64,000 bases of DNA from an uncultured Planctomycetota bacterium (GTDB lineage: Bacteria; Planctomycetota; Planctomycetia; Isosphaerales; Isosphaeraceae). The notes beneath the pieces are model-generated. The model was not told the origin of the DNA. It saw only the letters and a program-made list of their open reading frames with translations, and searched no databases. Numbering within the stretch: position 1 is the stretch's first letter; the number at the start of each line of letters is the position of its first letter. Shown here piece by piece: positions 52,331 through 64,000 of the stretch. The position numbers and the translations under genes are program-made. The stretch is taken from positions 32,001 to 96,000 of the forward strand of contig CAWJTV010000009.1 in the NCBI GenBank assembly GCA_963845755.1. The letters run 5' to 3'.

Positions 52331-52469
52331 CCCGTTCGCTCGCACCTTCGAGAAGATCATCGAGGAACTCAAGAACATGACCCCGGAGGAATTCCGGCAG
52401 TCGCTCTTCCACGCCGGCATTGCGAACGAGGACGGAACGCTCAGGGACGAGTACAAACGGCGCCGGTAA
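52323..52469 (+). CDS. 48-aa partner protein (putative antitoxin)
   Basis: MPSPFARTFEKIIEELKNMTPEEFRQSLFHAGIANEDGTLRDEYK; overlaps the upstream gene's end by 8 nt. Confidence 0.6.
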   Translation: MPSPFARTFEKIIEELKNMTPEEFRQSLFHAGIANEDGTLRDEYKRRR

Positions 52470-52492
52470 GACGGTTTCATCCCGCCGGTCGG

Positions 52493-53575
52493 TCATTGTC
52501 CTTCGGACCGCGTGCGATTCCACACGCTGCGGGGATACTCCAGCTTGAGGCGTTGTGCGAACTCGTCGGCGCGGGCGTCTTGTTTGAGCGCGCGAAACAT
52601 CGCGGAGATCGAGTAGAGGGCGCGGGGGTGCTCCTCCTTGTCCTTGTTGTAGAGCACGTCGGTATGGAGATAGGCGATGAGCGCGTCCTTGGGTCGATTG
52701 GCGGCGCGGAGGCAGTCGCCGAGCGTGTTATAGGCGGGTGCCTGGGCGGCGGCGTCCTCGGGGGGGTTGGCCTGGATGACATCCCGGAGGAGGGCCTCGG
52801 CTTCCGGGAACTTCTTCATGCCGGCCAGGCTTTCCGCCTTGGCCAGCATCGCGGCGCGTTGCCGCTCGGAACCCTTGGGTGACGAGGCGATGAGCCGGTC
52901 CAGCTCGGCGATGGCTTCGCTATGCTTGCCTTGTCGTGCGAGGACCTTGGTCCGCAGGACGGCGGCACGATCGGCGGTCTTGGGAAACTTCGCCAGCTCG
53001 GCGATGGTGGCATTGGCCCCGGCGAAGTCGCTGGCATGGATCTGCAATCGGGCCAGGCTCTCGCGGGCCGCCACCAGATGGCGGCTATTGGAGTAGGATC
53101 GCAGGAACTGGTTGAGTTTGTCCCGGGCGCCCTTCATCCGCTCGGGCTCGACCAGCGCCAGGTCTCCCAGGACCCGGGCCTCCCGGAAGAGGGCGGCCTG
53201 GTGCGGATACGGCCGGCTGGCCGTCTCGGTCGCCGCCTTCTTGAACAGGTCGGCGGCCTCGGCCAGTTGACCGGCCGACTCGCGGCTCTCGGCCAGTTGG
53301 AACGTCGCGGTCTGGCCGTCATACCGGATCGAGACGATCTGGTCGGTCGGGACCGAGATCGTATTGGCCCCCAGAAGGACCACGACCTCGCTGGGCGACT
53401 CCGATTGGACCTGGCCCAGCACCCGTCCGCCGATCTGCTGCTTCACGGTCGTCCCACGGATGAGCGACACCTCGTCGCCCCGGACCATGGCTGGCAACAA
53501 GCCCAGGGCGAACCCGACGAGAAGCACCGCGAGAACCGGCTGGAGAATGGACCGTCGCGAGAGTCGTGCCATCAT
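52493..53575 (-). CDS. Exported TPR-repeat protein
   Basis: Signal peptide; TPR-like helices (AYNTLGDCL..., LKLEYPRS). Confidence 0.8.
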   Translation of the reverse strand: MMARLSRRSILQPVLAVLLVGFALGLLPAMVRGDEVSLIRGTTVKQQIGGRVLGQVQSESPSEVVVLLGANTISVPTDQIVSIRYDGQTATFQLAESRESAGQLAEAADLFKKAATETASRPYPHQAALFREARVLGDLALVEPERMKGARDKLNQFLRSYSNSRHLVAARESLARLQIHASDFAGANATIAELAKFPKTADRAAVLRTKVLARQGKHSEAIAELDRLIASSPKGSERQRAAMLAKAESLAGMKKFPEAEALLRDVIQANPPEDAAAQAPAYNTLGDCLRAANRPKDALIAYLHTDVLYNKDKEEHPRALYSISAMFRALKQDARADEFAQRLKLEYPRSVWNRTRSEGQ

Positions 53576-53586
53576 TCGCCATTCCT

Positions 53587-56351
53587 TTATTTCTGGGAGA
53601 GTCGCGCAATCAGGGCCTGATATTTCGTCTTCATTTCGGGGCTACCGACGCCGGGCGTCAACCGCATCACGCTCTGGAGCGTCTGGCGGGCCTTGAGCGT
53701 TTCTTTCTGCTTCGAGAGCACATAGGCGACGTGGTACCAGGCGTCGTAATAGAACGCCGGGCGCGGCCGGAGTCGCTCCAGTTTCCGAGCGAGGCCCTCC
53801 CAGTGCTTCAGAGCCGCCGACCATTCGCCTTTCCGCGCCTCGGCCTCGGCCTCCAGGAGCAGGCCCTTCTCGAACTGCGGCTCGATGAACCGGGAATTCT
53901 GGGCGAGGAGCTCCTCGACGAGCGAGCTAGCCGCCTCGAACTTCCGTTCCCCCCGAAGGGCCGCGGCGATCTTGAGCCGGGTGCGGAGCAGGCGATCGCG
54001 GCCATGGGGCTGTTGCAGGAACTGAGGATCCTGGGTGAAGTCCTTCAAGACGCGCTGGAGCACCTCCTCGGCCTCCTGGTAGGCGTCGAGCGACAGGAGG
54101 CTCTCGCCGGCCCATTCCAGCGAGTCGTAGGTCTGGCCGGTCTTGCTCGCCGCCAGCGTGGTCAGGAAGGTCTTGTAAGCCTGGTGCATCTGGACGAAGG
54201 CCCGGGAATTCCCCTTCTGGCGCAGTGCGTCCAGCTCGCGCTCCAGGAGCCTGCCGAGCTTGTAGTAGAGCTGGGCGAGGTTGGTACCTCCGCCCCCCTG
54301 CTCCAGCGACTTCATGGTGGCGATGGCCTGTGGGACCTGGTTGGTGGTGATGTAGGCGGTGAGCTGCGCCTCCATCAACCGCGAGTAGTTTGGCCCGGAC
54401 TTGACGCTCTGCGCCTTGACGACCGGGTCGAGGAGCTGGAGCGCTTCGGCGCCTTCCCCATCTCGGTGAGCACGATGGCCAGATCGCCGACATTTCCCAC
54501 CAGGCCGGGGTCGGTCGGTCCGGCCCCGGACTCGCGCCGCGCCTTGAGGGCGACCTGGAGGATCTCGATGGACTTCTGAGATTCGGCCGCCGCGGCGGCG
54601 GCGTTTCCCTCGCGTTCGAGCACACGGCTCTTGGCCCAGTGGGCCGCGCCGAGCCGCGACTGCGCCTCGAACCACTTGCTGGAGCGGCGGCGGACCGCCC
54701 CGAACGCCGCGATCGCCTGGTCGTAGTGGCCGCGACCGGATTCGATCTGGCCGAGATTCAAGCGGGCATCGTCCCCTTCGTCGCGGTCGGGCCAGGTCTC
54801 GGCCGTGTAGGTCGCCAGCCGCACCAGCCGGTCGAGGTCGGCACCGCGATCGATCTCGGTGTACGTGTTGTAGGCCTCCGCCAGTGCCTGCATGCCGATC
54901 GCCGTCGCCTTGGAGGACAGCCCCCCCTGCGGATAGCGACGGGACAGGTGTTCCGACAGGATGTTGGACTCGTAATACTGCTTGTTCATGAAGTAGCAGA
55001 ATGCCAGGTTGTAGCGGGCCAGGTTCAAGTTGTCGATCTCGCGGGCGGGGTTGACCTTGTTCATCGCCGCCTTGAGCAGCGTAATCGCGCGATCCCATTC
55101 GTGGGCGTAGATGGCGTCATCCGCCCGACTCATGACATCCGCGAAGGGCAGGCGCGCGATCTCCTCGGCCTTGACCGCGGCGCTGGGCTTGTACTTCTTG
55201 AGCAGGGCGATGGCCTCGTTCTTGTACGGCGAGGCGTATCGGACCACCTGCCCCACGGTGTCGACGATGAGCTTGTGGGCCTTGGCACGATCGGCGTCCT
55301 CGATCTCCGGCATCTGGGCATCGACGGCCTTGGCCAGCTCGAGCTGCACGCCCAGCCCCTCGTTCGACCGCCGTTCCTCACGCTGGTTGTACTTGGCCAG
55401 CCAGCGGGTGGCCTCGTCGCCGGCCAGTGCGTACTGCTTGCGCCGGGCCAGCGCGACGATGTAGAAATAGCCCACATGACGCTGGAGCGCACGGAGCCGG
55501 GGGTCCGTATGCTGGAGGAGCTGCTTGTAAAGGCCGATCGCGGCTCCGACGTCCCCCTGCTCCTCGTAGCACTTGGCCTGCCACATCTGGGCGGCCAGGC
55601 CGGCCATCTGCTCGCGATAACTCTTGTAGAGCGAGTCGAATTGCTCCAGCGCGGTCTTCAGGGACTTGGTCCGGTCGGCGGAGTTGACCGGATAGGTCTG
55701 GGCCAGCTCGTAGTCGGCGACACCCTTCTGAAGCATCGCGTCGAGGTAGGTCGTATAGACGGCGTCCCGGGCGGCCCGCCGCGGGTCATCCGCGGGCATG
55801 GAGACCGGGAAGGTCTTGTAGGCAGCGGCCAGGGCCTCGACCGACTTGCCATACGCCTCGTGGGCCTGGGCGAACGCGGCACGGGCATCGTTGACCTTGG
55901 CCTCCTTCTTCGCCTTGTCCTGCGTGTCCTCACTCTGGAGCATCGCCAGATGGCCGCGTTCGAGGAGGAGCTTGGCCAACTGCACCATGGCGTCGCGGGC
56001 CTCGGGGCGCTGGGGCTGGGCCTTGACGAAGCCGTCGAGCTTGTCGCGCGCCTCCTTCAATAACTCCTCGCGCAGGACCAGGTCGCTCGACCGGGACGCC
56101 TCGTCGATCAGCGTGCGACCTTCTTCATAGTCGAGTACCGCCTTGATGTCGTTGGACACGGCGGGATCGGCGCGGAGTTGCGTGATGTAGTAGAGCGCCC
56201 AGTCGTGGTATCCCTGGCTCTTGAGTCCCTGGAGGAACTGGCTGACCGTTCGAGGATCCTCGGACGCCCGGGCTGGAGCGGCGATCAAGCCGACCCCCGC
56301 AAGACTTACGGCGAGAACGAACCCACGGCATCCGACGGCGCAGCGCGACAT
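53587..56351 (-). CDS. Large exported TPR-repeat protein; frameshift at ~54450
   Basis: Signal peptide ending PARA-SED; all-helical TPR-like repeats in ORFs 54375-56462 and 53587-55098. Confidence 0.8.
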
Positions 56352-56580
56352 GAGCGGCTCCTGGCTCTCGATGACCCCCGGACGGATCCCTCGTCCCCGG
56401 TCGATCCGATCCCTAGGGCGGATCGCCGCCGGCTCGGACGTCAGGGAGTCCACTCCTATCAATCTAAGACGGCCCGGGAGAGCCCGTCAAGCGGACCGGC
56501 GGTTGTGTCTCCTCGATCGCCCATCAACCGCCAGCCGTCAAGGTTAACGCCTCTTGCCAGGTGCCTTCGCTCGTGCCACC

Positions 56581-58044
56581 ATGGCACGGAACCCGATGGA
56601 AACCGTGTCCCACGACCAGGATACCCGCGTGTCGCGATACTTCAAGTACAAGACGGGCCAGGACTTGGTGACGGACGCCCGGGCGCTCGGCCTGGATCTT
56701 GGCCTGAGTGACGATCTGTCCGGGCTCCTCCAACCGATCGACGTCGGCGGCCGGCGCATCGGGAACCGGCTGGCGATCCAGCCGATGGAGGGGTGCGACG
56801 GTGAGCCGGACGGGGCTCCCGGAGAGTTGACGTTCCGCCGTTATCGGCGGTTCGGCGCGGGCGGTGCCAAGCTGATCTGGGGCGAGGCGGCCGCGGTCGT
56901 CCCGGAAGGGCGGGCCAATCCCCGACAACTGGTCATCCATGAGGCGACCGCCCCGGGGCTGGAACAACTCGTGCGGACAGCCCGCGCGTCGCACGTCGAG
57001 GCGACTGGCGACGACGGCGACCTCCTCATCGGCTTGCAACTGACGCACTCGGGCCGATATTCCTTCTCGCGCCCGCTCCTGGCCCAGCACGACCCGCTCC
57101 TGGATCCCCGGACCATCGCCGACAAGGCCATCGGCCGGATCGTCGGACCGGAGGATCCCCTCCTCTCCGATGCCGAGCTCGACCGGCTCCAGGATCGTTA
57201 CGCCGACGCAGCCGCCCTGGCCTACCGGATCGGCTTCGACTTCGTGGATATCAAGCAATGTCATCGGTACTTGCTCAACGAGCTCCTCGCCGCCCGGTCG
57301 CGCCCGGGCCGGTACGGCGGCTCGCTGGAAAACCGGACCCGCTTCGTTCGCGAACTGGTGGCGCGCATCCGGTCCGAGAATCCCGGCCGGATCATCGCCA
57401 CGCGCTTGAACGTCTTCGACGGCGTCCCGTATCAGAAGGGCGCGGACGGTCGCGGGGTCCCCTGCCCTTTCATCACTCCGGTCCAATCCGTCTGGGGGAC
57501 CAATCCGGACGATCCCTCCCAGCCCGACCTGGCGGAGCCCATCGCCCTGATCGGCTGGCTCCGTGACCTGGGCGTTTCATTGATCAACGTCTCGATCGGC
57601 AACCCGTACGCGAGTCCCCACCTGCTCCGACCTTTCGAGTACCCCCCGCCGGACGGCTACGAGACGCCCGAGCATCCGCTGATCGGCGTGGACCGGCACT
57701 TCCGGCTGACCGCGGCGATCCAGGCGGCCTATCCGGACCTCGCCGTGGTCGGCTCGGGCTATAGCTGGCTCCAGGCGTTCGCGTTCGAGGCCGGTGCGGC
57801 GAACGTTGCCGCGGGCCGGACGACGTTCGTCGGCATCGGCCGCGGCGCGCTGGCCCAGCCCGAATTCGCGCTCCGGCTCATGCGCGGCGAGCCGCTGGAC
57901 CGCAAGCGACTCTGCCGCACCTTCAGCTATTGCACGGCCTTGATGCGCTCCAAGCACAACGAGCTGGGCCAATTCGCCACCGGCTGCCCGCCATTCGACA
58001 AGGAAGTTTATGGGCCGATCTGGGATGAGGCTCGTTCCCCGTAG
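56581..58044 (+). CDS. NADH:flavin oxidoreductase (old yellow enzyme family)
   Basis: NRLAIQPMEG, LQLTHSGR, DIKQCHRYLLNELL, YGGSLENRTRF. Confidence 0.9.
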   Translation: MARNPMETVSHDQDTRVSRYFKYKTGQDLVTDARALGLDLGLSDDLSGLLQPIDVGGRRIGNRLAIQPMEGCDGEPDGAPGELTFRRYRRFGAGGAKLIWGEAAAVVPEGRANPRQLVIHEATAPGLEQLVRTARASHVEATGDDGDLLIGLQLTHSGRYSFSRPLLAQHDPLLDPRTIADKAIGRIVGPEDPLLSDAELDRLQDRYADAAALAYRIGFDFVDIKQCHRYLLNELLAARSRPGRYGGSLENRTRFVRELVARIRSENPGRIIATRLNVFDGVPYQKGADGRGVPCPFITPVQSVWGTNPDDPSQPDLAEPIALIGWLRDLGVSLINVSIGNPYASPHLLRPFEYPPPDGYETPEHPLIGVDRHFRLTAAIQAAYPDLAVVGSGYSWLQAFAFEAGAANVAAGRTTFVGIGRGALAQPEFALRLMRGEPLDRKRLCRTFSYCTALMRSKHNELGQFATGCPPFDKEVYGPIWDEARSP

Positions 58045-58094
58045 GGTGGCATCGATTGCTGGATCTCGGCGGTTCTAGCCACGGAAACTCTGAG

Positions 58095-58240
58095 CCACAG
58101 AGTCCCAGAGATCACAGAGAAGACAGAAGGACCGAGCAATTCCGGTTTTCGGTCTGAGCCTCCAGGAGGAAGCGATTGCCAGAGCGCTGACGGGATCAGA
58201 ACACGTATACATTTTCTCTGTGTGCTGTGTGACTCTGTGG
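58095..58240. repeat. Nonamer (CACAGAG) inverted-repeat element between convergent genes
   Basis: CCACAGAGTCCCAGAGATCACAGAGA ... TCTCTGTGTGCTGTGTGACTCTGTGG. Confidence 0.75.
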
Positions 58241-58257
58241 TGACATGTGTATCACGG

Positions 58258-59630
58258 TCAGCCGATCAGTTCCCGGATCACCTCTCCATTGGAGCCGATC
58301 TTGATCGGCTGGCCGCCGCGGTTGGCGAACGTCGTCTCGGGATCGATGCCGAGCTGGTGATAGAGCGTCACCGCCAGGTCCTGGGGACGGACCGGGCGAT
58401 TCCTGGGACGTTCGCCCCGGGCATTGGATGCGCCGACGATCTGTCCGCGCGCGATTCCTCCGCCCGCGATGAGGACGCTCATGACGTTCCCCCAGTGGTC
58501 GCGGCCCGGGACCGGGTCGGATCCGGGCACGCCCTTCTTGTTCATCCGGGGCGTGCGGCCGAATTCGCCCATGACGATCACCATCGTCGAGTCGAGCAGG
58601 CCGCGAGAGTCCAGGTCCTCGATCAGGCTGGAGACGGTCGCATCCACGATGGGCAGGACGCGTGCATGCCCCTCTCGAGGCTCGAGTGGAAGTCCCAGCC
58701 GCCGAAGGTCAGGGTCACGAACCGGACGCCCGCCTCGACCAGCCGGCGGGCCAGGAGCGCACTCTGCCCCCATTGATGCCGCGAGTAGCGATCGCGGAGC
58801 CGAGGGTCTTCCGTGCTCAGGTCGAACGCCTCGCGCGCCGCCTGCCCCAGGACCAGCGAGAACGCGTCCTGCTCGAACCGGTCGAAGCCGCTCGCGAGGC
58901 CCGATGCGTCGAAGGCCCGACGCGTCTGGTCCAGGGTGGCCAGCAGACCGCGGCGGCCGTCCATGCGATGCGGATTCACGTCGCCGGGGAGGGTCAGGTT
59001 GGGAACGAGATATCCCGCGGAATTGGGATCGCCGTCGGCATTGAACGGGTTATACGTCGAACCGAGATACGCCGCGCCGTGATAGCCCGGCGCGATGCCC
59101 ACCGAATGGGTGTTCGGCAGTCCGACGTACGGCGGCATCCCCGGCTTCCTCGCCCCTTTGATCCGGCCGATGATCGAGCCGACCGACGGATACTGCGGGG
59201 CCAGGCTCCGCGCGTTGGACCCGAGATAGCCGGTCAACATCCAGTGCGCCGCCGCGAAATGATCGCCGTTGTCGTGATGCAGCGACCGGATGAGCGACAC
59301 CTTGTCCAGCAGGCGCGCGTGGTTCGGCAGCAGCTCCGAGACCTGCACGCCCGGCAGCGCCGTCGAGATCGCCTTGAGCGGGCCGCGAAATTCGGCGGGT
59401 GCCTCGGGCTTGGGATCATAGGTCTCGTGCTGCGGCGGCCCACCATCCAGCCAGATCAAGATCACCGACCGCTCGGGAACCGACGTCCCTTGGCTCCCCG
59501 AAGCAAGAGCCCGGGCTCGCAGCACATCCGCCAGTGTCAATCCCGCCAATCCCAGTGACCCGACTTTGAGGAAACTGCGCCGGCTGACGCCGTCGCAACG
59601 CCGTGGAGATGGACTCGTGAGCTCGAGCAT
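58258..59630 (-). CDS. DUF1501 protein; frameshift at ~58665
   Basis: SRRSFLK, WLDGGPPQHETYDPKP, LLARRLVEAGVRFV, GEFGRTP, GRDHW. Confidence 0.93.
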
Positions 59631-59950
59631 CGTGGTATCTCCTGACTCACCTCGACCGCCGACGGATCCCCCACAGTTCACCCCAGCCTTGATCCGAACG
59701 CAAGACCGATGTTAAATAAAAATTTAGCATCCCGCTCGGGGTTTGTCACGGGAGCAGCGGTCGGAAAGGAGTCGAAAGCAGACGTTCGATCAGCGTCTCC
59801 CGTCAGGTCAAAACCGCACATACCAAAATGGCCGGAGATCCTCATTTACTGGTATGTCTGCGGCATGGCTACCATGATTCGTGGTTGCGAGGGATTTGCT
59901 GGATATCACCAGTGCGAGTGTCGTGCATTCCGTAACGGGAGATCCTGATC

Positions 59951-62187
59951 GTGCCACGGTTTACTTGCGGCTTTTGTGTCGAGCGATTCCGCTCGGGACT
60001 GGTCTTGCTGTTCCTGGTGCTGAATGGGGCTTCAGCGGCACTTGCTCAGACGGGCGAGGCGAAGCCGAAGGACGGACCCGGGATCGCGGTGGGGATCTCG
60101 GTCGTCCTCAAGTTCTCAGATACACCGCTGAATGACGACGGGCGACTCGTCCCGATCGAGAATTACCTCTTCTCGTTGAAGGTGGAGCGGGTTGACGGCG
60201 ATCGCGTGCTAATCGTCTCGCGCGATGGCAAGAAGCGCGGGTGGCTCGGCGTCGATCGAGTCGTGCCGCTCGATCGGGCCGTCGCCTACTTCGATGGTGT
60301 GCTCGCGACGGACCCAAAGAACGCTGATGCCTACTGGTCACGCGGCCGGCTCTGGCTGGATCGCAAGGATTTCGGACGCGCCAGGGCCGACCTGGATCGC
60401 GCGATCGAGCTGGAGCCGAAGCGAGCCTGGTACCACGTCTCCCGAGGGGACATCGAACTCGAGCAAAACCAGTTCGATCCAGCCATCACCGAGTGCGACA
60501 CGGCGATCCAACTCGACCCCAAGCTCGCGTCGGCTTATCTGACCCGTGCGATGGCCTGGGCCAGGAAGGGCGAATACGCACGGGCGAAGCCGGACCTGGA
60601 CGAGTCGATCCGCCTCAATGCGACCAATCCTTTGGCCTGGTCCGAGCGCTATTTCTTTTGGATGCACGAAGGGAACATCGAGGATGCCCTGAAGGACATC
60701 AATGAGGCCATTCGCATTGATCCCAAGAACCCCGCTTGGTACCTCCAGCGATGTAGTGTCTGGGTGCGAAAGGGGCATCGCGAAAAGGAGCTATGGGATC
60801 GGGCCATCGCCGATTGCAACAAGACGATCGAGCTCGATCCCAAACGCGCGTTGGCTTACCTGGAACGTGGGATGGCTTGGGCCTTGAAGCGTGACTACGT
60901 GCGGGCGAAGCTGGACGTGAACGAGTCGATCCGCCTCGATCCGACCAATCCCATTGCCTTGTCCCAGCGCTCTTCCTTTTGGATGGCGAAGGGGACCTGG
61001 AGAATGCTCTGAAGGACATCGACGAGGCCATTCGCCTCAATCCCAGGGACCCCGATCGGTACCTCGAGCGAGGTGAGGTCTGGGTAGGTAAGGGGAATCG
61101 CGAAAGAGCGCTGGCTGACTTCGCGGAGGCGATCCGTCTCCGGCCGAATCACGATTCCGCTTACGCGCGGCGCGGGATGGCATGGGAAGCCATGGGCCAG
61201 TACGAAAAGGCCATCACCGACTTCACCGAGGCCATCCGGCTCAATCCCAAGAAGTCTTGGAATTACCTGTTACGGGGAGATGTCTGGCGGGAGAAAAAGG
61301 AGTTCGACAAGGCCCTCGCCGACTACGACCAGGCCGTCGAGCTCGATCCGAAGGAGGCTCCTCTCTATTACGGTCGAGCCATGGTCTGGGGGGAGAGACA
61401 CGACCGTCTGAAACAAGTCGCCGATCTCACCGAGGCCATCAAGCTCGATCCCAAGAACGGTCTCTATTGGGAGTTCCGTGGCTATTCTTGGTCGAATCAA
61501 GGAAAGCACGCCGAGGCGATTGCGGACTACGACGAGGCCATCCGGCTCGATCCCAAGGATGCAAGTTTCTACTCCGCCCGCGGGTTCGAGTGGGCGAAGG
61601 ACCTGGAGCCCGAGAAAGCCCTGGCCGACTTCAACCGCGCGCTCGAGTTCAACCCGAAGCACGCTTTCGCATACAGAGGTCGCGGTAGCGTCTGGGAGAT
61701 GGGAGGCCAGTACGACAAGATGGCGGGCAATTACAGCGGGATGGTCCGCGCATTGCCCGAGGATCCCTACGGGCACCGACTGCTCGCCTGGGTTCTGGCG
61801 ACCTGTCCCGTCCCGGCAATCCGCGACGGCAAGCGGGCCGTGGCGGAGGCCACCGTGGCCTGCCAGTTGACGCAATGGAAGGATCCCGACTGTCTCGACA
61901 CCCTGGCCGCCGCCTGCGCCGAGGCCGGCGATTTCGATGCGGCCGTCAAATGGGTGACCCAGGCCATCGGCCTGGAGCAAGCGCGGAATTTCCGAACGGC
62001 CGATTTTACAAAGGAATTCAAGATGAGAGACCACCTCGTCTCTTTACAAGAGGCGTCAACCCTATCACGAGAAACCGGCCAAGGGCGTTCGCAACCGAAC
62101 TCCGGAAGACTGAATCCCGGTTCGTCCGAGCGTCGAGGGAGTAGGACATTCCCACTTGGCTTCCAGGTGCCGGCGCCGTTACGATAG
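59951..62187 (+). CDS. Exported TPR-repeat protein; frameshift at ~60990 and probably ~62035
   Basis: Many AI.LDPK TPR units; LAWVLATCP..RDGKRAV..A..AC.LT.WKD..LDTLAAA. Confidence 0.85.
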
Positions 62188-62297
62188 AGGGCCGCGAGGA
62201 TCTCCGCATTCGCCTCGCCGAGGCTACTGGCTCGCCGAATTTCCCACCCCAGAGTCTCTCTCACTCATCGCGCCTTCGATCGCCGGAGCGTCACACC

Positions 62298-63986
62298 ATG
62301 AGGATGTCCTGCCGTCACTTACCCTCGACTGGCCGCCGGCTGTGCCTGACCTCGCTCATCATTGACCTGGCCATCGCACTGGCGGCGCCGATGGCGGGTG
62401 CTCGCCAGGTCTCCTCGGAGCCCGAGATCGAGCCCTGGCTTTCCCCGGGGACGGAGGTCGTGCTCAAGGACCCGAATACCCCGATCCGCGATCGGGAGTG
62501 GCTGGCACTGAGTGGGGACCACCTCATCTTCCTGATCGAATCCGTCCAGGGCGAACGGCTCCTGGTGGCCTCGCGCGATAAGACGCAGGGCGGCTGGCTG
62601 CGCCGCGATCAGGTCCTCGACCTGGAAAGTGCCGTCAACTACTTCACTCGCGAGATCGAGCGGATTCCGCACCATGCCGATGCCTACTGGATGCGGGGAC
62701 GGGTGTGGGCCTATCGTGCCGAAGATGAGCGGGCCCTTGCCGACTTCGATCGAGCGATCCAGCTTGGTCCCGATCAGGCTCCCTACCATGTCCGGCGCGC
62801 CGTGATCCTCATCCGAACCCGGCAATTCGACAAGGCCCTGGCCGATTGCGACAAGGCGATCGCGCTCGATCCCAAGAGGCGCGGGGGCTTACGTGCTCCG
62901 GTCGAGCATCCGGCTCTCACGCGGCGAGACGCCAGCGTGCCCAGGCCGACCTCGACCAGGCCATTCGCCTCGACCCCCTCAATCCACCGGCTCGCCCCAT
63001 CATCGCCGCCGCCGATCGAAACGCCCGCGAGGTCGAAGCCCGTGCAGCCGGGGTGCGCCTCCTTTTGGCTCTGAACCTGGAGGAAGAACAACGGTCCGGC
63101 CTGCCCGCCGACGATCCGGAGAAAGCCGCTCGCTCCGAGCCGAAAACCGTCCCGGAGCTGCTGGATCGCGGCCAGACGCTGCTCAACCAGAAAGACTATA
63201 ACGCGGCGATCGCCGACTTCACCCGGGCGATCCAGCTCGATCCGAATTCGGCGAAATCGTATGCCTATCGCGCCCAGGCCTGGGGGGTCAAGCACAGGCG
63301 AGACCAGGAAATCGCCGACCTCGACCAGGCGATCCGCCTCGAACCGAAGAATATCCTGTACCGCGTCTCGCGGGCCGGCGCATGGTCGGTCCAGGGACGC
63401 CACGAGCAGGCGATGGTCGACTATGACGCCGCGATCCAGTTGGAGCCAACCAACCCCATGCTCTACGTGGCGCGGGGAAACGAATGGCGTCGGCATGTGA
63501 AGCTCGACCTGGCGGTGGCCGACTATGACCGGGCGATCCGCCTCGATCCCAATTACTTGAACGCCTACATTGCGCCGCGCCCTGATCACCAAGCAACGGC
63601 GGCAGTTCGACCGGGCCGTCGTCGAATTCAACGAGATCATCCAGATCGCCCCCGAGAATGCCGAGGTCCATCGAAACCTCGCGCGGATCCTCGCGACGTG
63701 CAACAACAATCGCGTCCGCGACGGCAATCGCGCGGTGCGCGAGGCGATCCGAGCGTGTGAACTGACCAACTGGCGCGATCCCGACTGCATCGATACGCTC
63801 GCCGCGGCATACGCCGAGATCGGCGATTACCCGCTGGCCGTCCAGTGGCAGAAGAAGGCCATCGAGCTCCTGCGCCAGAACGTCCCGTCCGCACTCCAGA
63901 GGGCGATGGATTTCAACGGTCGCCGGGGCGTGGGCTTCGATGATCGCCTGGCCTTCTACAAACGGAATCGCCCCACTCGCGAATGA
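62298..63986 (+). CDS. Exported TPR-repeat protein, paralog of the upstream gene; frameshifts at ~62880-62915 and ~63570
   Basis: Same architecture: SH3-like N-terminal region, TPR repeats, LARILATC..RDGNRAV..ACELTNW..DTLAAAYAE. Confidence 0.82.
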
Positions 63987-64000
63987 CCCCGGCCCACCGG

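Overview
High-GC bacterial DNA with a planctomycete gene repertoire, probably Isosphaeraceae-like (DUF1559, DUF1501, ECF sigma with a Ser/Thr kinase, LEDR/LEQR-type exported proteins, FG-GAP/ASPIC, many TPR proteins). The taxonomy is inferred from gene content only. Left to right: (1) pheS, a small ORF, an APC permease and pheT; (2) a membrane P-loop protein and a glycine-zipper gene; (3) a ~13 kb general-stress/desiccation gene block (7.9-21.0 kb) bracketed by a diverged direct duplication (6119-7919 and 21051-22336); (4) a Ser/Thr kinase; (5) a toxin-antitoxin cluster (relE, an intact IS1182 with CTAG target duplication, a phd/yefM-like antitoxin, a RES-Xre pair) next to an orphan 3' fragment of comM/yifB; (6) a DUF1559/FG-GAP cluster, ECF-kinase-WD40 pair, PEP-CTERM gene, ISKra4 remnant, SDR and a large surface protein; (7) a HlyD adaptor, Gfo/Idh/MocA oxidoreductase, sulfotransferase-like gene, an ADP-ribosyltransferase-like gene with an in-frame TGA plus a small partner, TPR genes, an OYE oxidoreductase and DUF1501. 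The intergenic DNA holds many short non-autonomous elements with CTAG/TAGAG ends. They stack end-to-end and carry different palindromic cores (REP doublets, 7-mer and 9-mer inverted arrays). Many genes, including essential pheT, have single-base frameshifts that most likely reflect sequencing error. I saw no tRNA, rRNA or CRISPR array. All product calls come from motif recognition by eye, not database searches.
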